From positions 1,612,001-1,676,000 of the forward strand of contig OZ176050.1 in the NCBI GenBank assembly GCA_964247055.1: DNA of 64,000 bases, read 5' to 3'. Source of the stretch: Paragordius varius (Eukaryota > Animalia > Nematomorpha). The notes under the pieces were generated by a model, which saw nothing but the letters and a program-made list of their open reading frames with translations, ran no database searches and had not been told where the DNA came from. Below are positions 54,206 through 64,000 of the stretch, one piece after another (position 1 is the stretch's first letter; each line of letters begins with the position of its first letter). The translations under genes were made by a program, and so were the position numbers.

Positions 54206-57200
54206 CATCAAAATATAGAGATAGTTTGGCAAACTCTTTCATATCCGATTTTTACAACGATACTTTAAATATTAATGCATAAAACTAGTCGCATCAATAT
54301 TCAAGTTAAACTTTGTCCTTAAAAATCGAATATTGGTCACCTGTGAACAAAATTATTTTTTATATATTCTCTTAGTAAGACTACATCAAAATATAGAGAT
54401 AGTTTGACAAACTCCTTCATATCCGATTTTTACAACGATACTTTAAAAATTAATGTGTTAAACTAGTCGCATCAATACTCGAGTTAAACTTTGTCCTTAA
54501 AAATCGGATATTGGTCACCGGTGAACAAAATTATTTTTTATACATTCTCTTAGTAAGACTACATCAAAATATAGAGATAGTTTGACAAACTCTTTCATAT
54601 CCGATTTTTACAACGATACTTTAAAAATTAATGTATTAAACTAGTCGCATCAATACTCAAGTTAAACTTTGTCCTTAAAAATCGGATATTGGTCACCGGT
54701 GAACAAAATTATTTTTTATACATTCTCTTAGCAAGACTACATCAAAATATAGAGATAGTTTGACAAACTCTTTCATATCCGATTTTTACAACGATACTTT
54801 AAAAATTAATGTATAAAACTAGTCGTATCAATAAATCGCATCAATACTCAAGTTAAACTTTGTCCTTAAAAATCGGATATTGGTCACCGGTGAACAAAAT
54901 TATTTTTTATACATTCTCTTAGCAAGACTACATCAAAATATAGAGATAGTTTGACAAACTCTTTCATATCCGATTTTTACAACGATAATTTATAAATTAG
55001 TCGTATCAATAAGTCGCATCAATACTCAAGTTAAACTTTGTCCTTAAAAATCTGATATTGGTCACCGGTGAACAAAATTATTTTTTATACATTCTCTTAG
55101 TAGGACTACATCAAAATATAGAGATAGTTTGACAAACTCTTTCATATCCGATTTTTACAACGATACTTTAAAAATTAATCTATAAAACTAGTCGCATCAA
55201 TACTCAAATTAAACTTTGTCCTTAAAAATCGATATTGGTCACCGGTGAACAAAATTATTTTTTATATATTCTCTTAGCAAGACTACATCAAAATATAGAG
55301 ATAGTTTGACAAACTCTTTCATATCCGATTTTTACAACGATACTTTAAAAATTAATGTATAAAACTAGTCGTATCAATAAATCGCATCAATACTCAAGTT
55401 AAACTTTGTCCTTAAAAATCGGATATTGGTCACCGGTGAACAAAATTATTTTTTATACATTCTCTTAGAAAGACTATATCAAAATATAGAGATAGTTTGG
55501 CAAACTCTTTCATATCCGATTTTTACAACGATACTTTAAATATTAATGCATAAAACTAGTCGCATCAATATTCAAGTTAAACTTTGTCCTTAAAAATCGA
55601 ATATTGGTCACCGGTGAACAAAATTATTTTTTATATATTCTCTTAGTAAGACTACATCAAAATATAGAGATAGTTTGACAAACTCCTTCATATCCGATTT
55701 TTACAACGATACTTTAAAAATTAATGTGTTAAACTAGTCGCATCAATACTCGAGTTAAACTTTGTCCTTAAAAATCGGATATTGGTCACCGGTGAACAAA
55801 ATTATTTTTTATACATTCTCTTAGTAAGACTACATCAAAATATAGAGATAGTTTGACAAACTCTTTCATATCCGATTTTTACAACGATACTTTAAAAATT
55901 AATGTATTAAACTAGTCGCATCAATACTCAAGTTAAACTTTGTCCTTAAAAATCGGATATTGGTCACCGGTGAACAAAATTATTTTTTATACATTCTCTT
56001 AGCAAGACTACATCAAAATATAGAGATAGTTTGACAAACTCTTTCATATCCGATTTTTACAACGATAATTTATAAATTAGTCGTATCAATAAGTCGCATC
56101 AATACTCAAGTTAAACTTTGTCCTTAAAAATCTGATATTGGTCACCGGTGAACAAAATTATTTTTTATACATTCTCTTAGTAGGACTACATCAAAATATA
56201 GAGATAGTTTGACAAACTCTTTCATATCCGATTTTTACAACGATACTTTAAAAATTAATCTATAAAACTAGTCGCATCAATACTCAAATTAAACTTTGTC
56301 CTTAAAAATCGATATTGGTCACCGGTGAACAAAATTATTTTTTATATATTCTCTTAGCAAGACTACATCAAAATATAGAGATAGTTTGACAAACTCTTTC
56401 ATATCCGATTTTTACAACGATACTTTAAAAATTAATGTATAAAACTAGTCGTATCAATAAATCGCATCAATACTCAAGTTAAACTTTGTCCTTAAAAATC
56501 GGATATTGGTCACCGGTGAACAAAATTATTTTTTATACATTCTCTTAGAAAGACTATATCAAAATATAGAGATAGTTTGACAAACTCTTTCATATCCGAT
56601 TTTTACAACGATACTTTAAAAATTAATGTATTAAACTAGTCGCATCAATACTCAAGTTAAACTTTGTCCTTAAAAATCGGATATTGGTCACCGGTGAACA
56701 AAATTATTTTTTATACATTCTCTTAGTAAGACTACATCAAAATATAGAGATAGTTTGACAAACTCTTTCATATCCGATTTTTACAACGATAATTTATAAA
56801 TTAGTCGTATCAATAAGTCGCATCAATACTCAAGTTAAACTTTGTCCTTAAAAATCGGATATTGGTCACCGGTGAACAAAATTATTTTTTATACATTCTC
56901 TTAGTACAACTACATCAAAATATAGAGATAGTTTGGCAAACTCTTTCATATCCGATTTTTACAACGATACTTTAAATATTAATGCATAAAACTAGTCGCA
57001 TCAATATTCAAGTTAAACTTTGTCCTTAAAAATCGAATATTGGTCACCGGTGAACAAAATTATTTTTTATATATTCTCTTAGTAAGACTACATCAAAATA
57101 TAGAGATAGTTTGACAAACTCCTTCATATCCGATTTTTACAACGATACTTTAAAAATTAATGTGTTAAACTAGTCGCATCAATACTCGAGTTAAACTTTG

Positions 57201-60200
57201 TCCTTAAAAATCGGATATTGGTCACCGGTGAACAAAATTATTTTTTATACATTCTCTTAGTAAGACTACATCAAAATATAGAGATAGTTTGACAAACTCT
57301 TTCATATCCGATTTTTACAACGATACTTTAAAAATTAATGTATTAAACTAGTCGCATCAATACTCAAGTTAAACTTTGTCCTTAAAAATCGGATATTGGT
57401 CACCGGTGAACAAAATTATTTTTTATACATTCTCTTAGCAAGACTACATCAAAATATAGAGATAGTTTGACAAACTCTTTCATATCCGATTTTTACAACG
57501 ATACTTTAAAAATTAATGTATAAAACTAGTCGTATCAATAAATCGCATCAATACTCAAGTTAAACTTTGTCCTTAAAAATCGGATATTGGTCACCGGTGA
57601 ACAAAATTATTTTTTATACATTCTCTTAGCAAGACTACATCAAAATATAGAGATAGTTTGACAAACTCTTTCATATCCGATTTTTACAACGATAATTTAT
57701 AAATTAGTCGTATCAATAAGTCGCATCAATACTCAAGTTAAACTTTGTCCTTAAAAATCTGATATTGGTCACCGGTGAACAAAATTATTTTTTATACATT
57801 CTCTTAGTAGGACTACATCAAAATATAGAGATAGTTTGACAAACTCTTTCATATCCGATTTTTACAACGATACTTTAAAAATTAATCTATAAAACTAGTC
57901 GCATCAATACTCAAATTAAACTTTGTCCTTAAAAATCGATATTGGTCACCGGTGAACAAAATTATTTTTTATATATTCTCTTAGCAAGACTACATCAAAA
58001 TATAGAGATAGTTTGACAAACTCTTTCATATCCGATTTTTACAACGATACTTTAAAAATTAATGTATAAAACTAGTCGTATCAATAAATCGCATCAATAC
58101 TCAAGTTAAACTTTGTCCTTAAAAATCGGATATTGGTCACCGGTGAACAAAATTATTTTTTATACATTCTCTTAGAAAGACTATATCAAAATATAGAGAT
58201 AGTTTGGCAAACTCTTTCATATCCGATTTTTACAACGATACTTTAAATATTAATGCATAAAACTAGTCGCATCAATATTCAAGTTAAACTTTGTCCTTAA
58301 AAATCGAATATTGGTCACCGGTGAACAAAATTATTTTTTATATATTCTCTTAGTAAGACTACATCAAAATATAGAGATAGTTTGACAAACTCCTTCATAT
58401 CCGATTTTTACAACGATACTTTAAAAATTAATGTGTTAAACTAGTCGCATCAATACTCGAGTTAAACTTTGTCCTTAAAAATCGGATATTGGTCACCGGT
58501 GAACAAAATTATTTTTTATACATTCTCTTAGTAAGACTACATCAAAATATAGAGATAGTTTGACAAACTCTTTCATATCCGATTTTTACAACGATACTTT
58601 AAAAATTAATGTATTAAACTAGTCGCATCAATACTCAAGTTAAACTTTGTCCTTAAAAATCGGATATTGGTCACCGGTGAACAAAATTATTTTTTATACA
58701 TTCTCTTAGCAAGACTACATCAAAATATAGAGATAGTTTGACAAACTCTTTCATATCCGATTTTTACAACGATAATTTATAAATTAGTCGTATCAATAAG
58801 TCGCATCAATACTCAAGTTAAACTTTGTCCTTAAAAATCTGATATTGGTCACCGGTGAACAAAATTATTTTTTATACATTCTCTTAGTAGGACTACATCA
58901 AAATATAGAGATAGTTTGACAAACTCTTTCATATCCGATTTTTACAACGATACTTTAAAAATTAATCTATAAAACTAGTCGCATCAATACTCAAATTAAA
59001 CTTTGTCCTTAAAAATCGATATTGGTCACCGGTGAACAAAATTATTTTTTATATATTCTCTTAGCAAGACTACATCAAAATATAGAGATAGTTTGACAAA
59101 CTCTTTCATATCCGATTTTTACAACGATACTTTAAAAATTAATGTATAAAACTAGTCGTATCAATAAATCGCATCAATACTCAAGTTAAACTTTGTCCTT
59201 AAAAATCGGATATTGGTCACCGGTGAACAAAATTATTTTTTATACATTCTCTTAGAAAGACTATATCAAAATATAGAGATAGTTTGACAAACTCTTTCAT
59301 ATCCGATTTTTACAACGATACTTTAAAAATTAATGTATTAAACTAGTCGCATCAATACTCAAGTTAAACTTTGTCCTTAAAAATCGGATATTGGTCACCG
59401 GTGAACAAAATTATTTTTTATACATTCTCTTAGCAAGACTACATCAAAATATAGAGATAGTTTGACAAACTCTTTCATATCCGATTTTTACAACGATAAT
59501 TTATAAATTAGTCGTATCAATAAGTCGCATCAATACTCAAGTTAAACTTTGTCCTTAAAAATCTGATATTGGTCACCGGTGAACAAAATTATTTTTTATA
59601 CATTCTCTTAGTAGGACTACATCAAAATATAGAGATAGTTTGACAAACTCTTTCATATCCGATTTTTACAACGATACTTTAAAAATTAATCTATAAAACT
59701 AGTCGCATCAATACTCAAATTAAACTTTGTCCTTAAAAATCGATATTGGTCACCGGTGAACAAAATTATTTTTTATATATTCTCTTAGCAAGACTACATC
59801 AAAATATAGAGATAGTTTGACAAACTCTTTCATATCCGATTTTTACAACGATACTTTAAAAATTAATGTATAAAACTAGTCGTATCAATAAATCGCATCA
59901 ATACTCAAGTTAAACTTTGTCCTTAAAAATCGGATATTGGTCACCGGTGAACAAAATTATTTTTTATACATTCTCTTAGAAAGACTATATCAAAATATAG
60001 AGATAGTTTGGCAAACTCTTTCATATCCGATTTTTACAACGATACTTTAAATATTAATGCATAAAACTAGTCGCATCAATATTCAAGTTAAACTTTGTCC
60101 TTAAAAATCGAATATTGGTCACCGGTGAACAAAATTATTTTTTATATATTCTCTTAGTAAGACTACATCAAAATATAGAGATAGTTTGACAAACTCCTTC

Positions 60201-61067
60201 ATATCCGATTTTTACAACGATACTTTAAAAATTAATGTGTTAAACTAGTCGCATCAATACTCGAGTTAAACTTTGTCCTTAAAAATCGGATATTGGTCAC
60301 CGGTGAACAAAATTATTTTTTATACATTCTCTTAGTAAGACTACATCAAAATATAGAGATAGTTTGACAAACTCTTTCATATCCGATTTTTACAACGATA
60401 CTTTAAAAATTAATGTATTAAACTAGTCGCATCAATACTCAAGTTAAACTTTGTCCTTAAAAATCGGATATTGGTCACCGGTGAACAAAATTATTTTTTA
60501 TACATTCTCTTAGCAAGACTACATCAAAATATAGAGATAGTTTGACAAACTCTTTCATATCCGATTTTTACAACGATAATTTATAAATTAGTCGTATCAA
60601 TAAGTCGCATCAATACTCAAGTTAAACTTTGTCCTTAAAAATCTGATATTGGTCACCGGTGAACAAAATTATTTTTTATACATTCTCTTAGTAGGACTAC
60701 ATCAAAATATAGAGATAGTTTGACAAACTCTTTCATATCCGATTTTTACAACGATACTTTAAAAATTAATCTATAAAACTAGTCGCATCAATACTCAAAT
60801 TAAACTTTGTCCTTAAAAATCGATATTGGTCACCGGTGAACAAAATTATTTTTTATATATTCTCTTAGCAAGACTACATCAAAATATAGAGATAGTTTGA
60901 CAAACTCTTTCATATCCGATTTTTACAACGATACTTTAAAAATTAATGTATAAAACTAGTCGTATCAATAAATCGCATCAATACTCAAGTTAAACTTTGT
61001 CCTTAAAAATCGGATATTGGTCACCGGTGAACAAAATTATTTTTTATACATTCTCTTAGAAAGACTA
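54206..61067. repeat. HOR domain E: 6-monomer 1080-bp unit nested in 15-mer (2707 bp) and 10-mer (1804 bp) duplications
   Basis: The TCTGATATT marker occurs at 55051, 56131, 57758, 58838, 59562 and 60642. Monomers following AGTACAAC start at 54206 and 56913 (offset 2707). Confidence 0.9.
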
Positions 61068-62160
61068 TATCAAAATATAGAGATAGTTTGACAAACTCTT
61101 TCATATCCGATTTTTACAACGATACTTTTAAAATTAATGTATAAAACTAGTCGCATCAATACTCAAGTTAAACTTTGTCCTTAAAAATCGATATTGGTCA
61201 CCGGTGAACAAAACTACTATTTTTTATACATTTTCTTAGTAAGGCTACATCAAAATATAAGATAGTTTGACAAACTATTTCATATCCGATTTTTACAACG
61301 ACACATCAGAAATTAATGTATAAAACTAATCGCATCAATACTCAAGTTAAACTTTGTCCTTAAAAATCGGATATTGGTCACCGGTGAACAAAATTATTTT
61401 TTATACATTCTCTTAGTAAGACTACATCAAAATATAGAGATAGTTTGACAAACTCTTTCATATCCGATTTTTACAACGATACTTTAAAAATTAATGTATA
61501 AAACTAGTCTTATCAATAAATCGCATCAATACTCAAGTTAAACTTTGTCCTTAAAAATCGGATATTGGTCACCGGTGAACAAAATTATTTTTTATACATT
61601 CTCTTAGTAGGACTACATCAAAATATAGAGATAGTTTGGCAAACTCTTTCATATCCGATTTTTACAACGATACTTTATAAATTAATGTATAAAACTAGTT
61701 GCATCAACACTCAAGTTAAACTTTGTCCTTAAAATTCGAATATTGGTCACCGGTGAACAAAATTATTTTTTATACATTCTCTTAGTAAGACTACATCAAA
61801 ATATAGAGATAGTTTGACAAACTCTTTCATATCCGATTTTTACAACGATACTTTAAAAATTAATGTGTTAAACTAGTCGTATCAATAAATCGCATCAATA
61901 CTCAAGTTAAACTTTGTCCTTAAAAATCGGATATTGGTCACCGGTGAACAAAATTATTTTTTATACATTCTCTTAGTAGGACTACATCAAAATATAGAGA
62001 TAGTTTGACAAACTCTTTCATATCCGATTTTTCAACGATACTTTAAAAATTAATCTATAAAACTAGTCGCATCAATACTCAAATTAAACTTTGTCCTTAA
62101 AAATCGATATTGGTCACCGGTGAACAAAATTATTTTTTATATATTCTCTTAGCAAGACTA

Positions 62161-62876
62161 CATCAAAATATAGAGATAGTTTGACAAACTCTTTCATATC
62201 CGATTTTTACAACGATACTTTTAAAATTAATGTATAAAACTAGTCGCATCAATACTCAAGTTAAACTTTGTCCTTAAAAATCGATATTGGTCACCGGTGA
62301 ACAAAACTACTATTTTTTATACATTTTCTTAGTAAGGCTACATCAAAATATAGAGATAGTTTGACAAACTATTTCATATCCGATTTTTACAACGACACAT
62401 CAGAAATTAATGTATAAAACTAATCGCATCAATACTCAAGTTAAACTTTGTCCTTAAAAATCGGATATTGGTCACCGGTGAACAAAATTATTTTTTATAC
62501 ATTCTCTTTGTAGGACTACATCAAAATATAGAGATAGTTTGGCAAACTCTTTCATATCCGATTTTTACAACGATACTTTTAAAATTAATGTATAAAACTA
62601 GTCGCATCAATACTCAAGTTAAACTTTGTCCTTAAAAATCGATATTGGTCACCGGTGAACAAAACTACTATTTTTTATACATTTTCTTAGTAAGGCTACA
62701 TCAAAATATAGAGATAGTTTGACAAACTATTTCATATCCGATTTTTACAACGACACATCAGAAATTAATGTATAAAACTAATCGCATCAATACTCAAGTT
62801 AAACTTTGTCCTTAAAAATCGGATATTGGTCACCGGTGAACAAAATTATTTTTTATACATTCTCTTAGTAGGACTA
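62161..62876. repeat. 358-bp dimer x2 of diverged monomers (AAAACTACTA / GACACATCAGAAAT type); a third copy lies at 61068-61424
   Basis: AAAACTACTA occurs at 61210, 62303 and 62661. Monomer starts are 62161, 62341, 62519 and 62699. Confidence 0.88.
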
Positions 62877-64000
62877 CATCAAAATATAGAGATAGTTTGG
62901 CAAACTCTTTCATATCCGATTTTTACAACGATACTTTATAAATTAATGTATAAAACTAGTCGTATCAATAAGTCGCATCAATACTCAAGTTAAACTTTGT
63001 TTTTGAAAATCGGATATTGTTCACCGGTGAACAAAATTATTTTTTATACATTCTCTTAGTAAGACTACATCAAAATATAGAGATAGTTTGACAAACTCTT
63101 TCATATCCGATTTTTACAACGATACTTTAAAAATTAATGTGTTAAACTAGTCGCATCAATACTCAAGTTAAACTTTGTCCTTAAAAATCGAATATTGGTC
63201 ACCGGTGAACAAAATTATTTTTTATACATTCTCTTAGTAAGACTACATCAAAATATAGAGATAGTTTGACAAACTCTTTCATATCCGATTTTTACAACGA
63301 TACTTTAAAAATTAATGTGTTAAACTAGTCGCATCAATATTTAAATTAAACTTTGTCCTTAAAAATCGACATTGGTCACCGGTGAACAAAATTATTTTTT
63401 ATATATTCTCTTAGTAGGACTACATCAAAATATAGAGATAGTTTGGCAAACTCTTTCATATCCGATTTTTACAACGATACTTTATAAATTAATGTATAAA
63501 ACTAGTCGTATAAATAAGTCGCATCAATACTCAAGTTAAACTTTGTCCTTAAAAATCGGATATTGGTCACCGGTGAACAAAATTATTTTTTATACATTCT
63601 CTTGGCAAGACTACATCAAAATATAGAGATAGTTTGACAAACTCTTTCATATCCGATTTTTACAACGATACTTTATAAATTAATGTATTAAACTAGTCGC
63701 ATCAATACTCAAATTAAACTTTGTCCTTAAAAATCGATATTGGTCACCGGTGAACAAAATTATTTTTTATATATTCTCTTAGTAGGACTACATCAAAATA
63801 TAGAGATAGTTTGGCAAACTCTTTCAGAACCGATTTTTACAACGATACTTTATAAATTAATGTATTAAACTAGTCGCATCAATACTCAAATTAAACTTTG
63901 TCCTTAAAAATCGATATTGGTAACCGGTGAACAAAATTATTTTTTATACATTCTCTTAGTAAGACTACATCAAAATATGGAAATAGTTTGACAAACTCTT

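Larger units (their letters stand above)
1..64000. repeat. Tandem satellite DNA array, 178-bp consensus monomer (variants ~84-195 bp), open at both window edges
   Basis: CATCAAAA-type monomer starts recur at 1, 191, 369, 547, 742, 920, 1095, 1273, 1451 and onward to the end, always in the same orientation. I saw no non-satellite sequence. A near-consensus exemplar is 16257-16434. Confidence 0.99.

Noticed and set aside
1-64000. Protein-coding ORFs or a repeat-encoded protein
   Set aside because: The consensus has stops in all three frames on both strands within every monomer. The longest open stretch I found on the + strand is about 43 codons across the junction.
1-64000. CRISPR array
   Set aside because: The whole 178-bp unit is repeated, with no unique spacers, leader or cas genes.
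1-64000. tRNA/SINE-derived unit, telomeric repeats or rDNA spacer
   Set aside because: I saw no Pol III A/B boxes, cloverleaf, TTAGG/TTTAGGG-type runs or rRNA sequence.

Overview
The whole 64-kb window is one uninterrupted, head-to-tail tandem satellite array in a single orientation. It holds roughly 355 monomers (estimated as 64000/~180) of an AT-rich 178-bp unit, 27.5% GC by hand count. Consensus read from the window: CATCAAAATATAGAGATAGTTTGACAAACTCTTTCATATCCGATTTTTACAACGATACTTTAAAAATTAATGTATAAAACTAGTCGCATCAATACTCAAGTTAAACTTTGTCCTTAAAAATCGGATATTGGTCACCGGTGAACAAAATTATTTTTTATACATTCTCTTAGTAAGACTA. A common 191-bp variant carries a 13-bp internal duplication. Every reading frame on both strands has stops in each monomer, and I found no genes, RNA genes, CRISPR arrays or transposon insertions. 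Length, homogeneity and higher-order repeats (HORs) fit eukaryotic (peri)centromeric or other heterochromatic satellite DNA, but the host and family cannot be named from the sequence alone. The structure worth noting is at two scales. Inside the monomer there is a perfect 14-bp inverted repeat, an interleaved 11-bp inverted repeat and two quasi-palindromes whose mismatches are corrected in independent variant monomers. At array scale there are successive HOR domains (18-mer, 7.5-mer, 16-mer, 9-mer, 6/10/15-mer) nested in a 17.3/10.4-kb super-repeat. I found no gene-encoded novel system. All counts and offsets were done by eye and should be confirmed computationally and against raw long reads.
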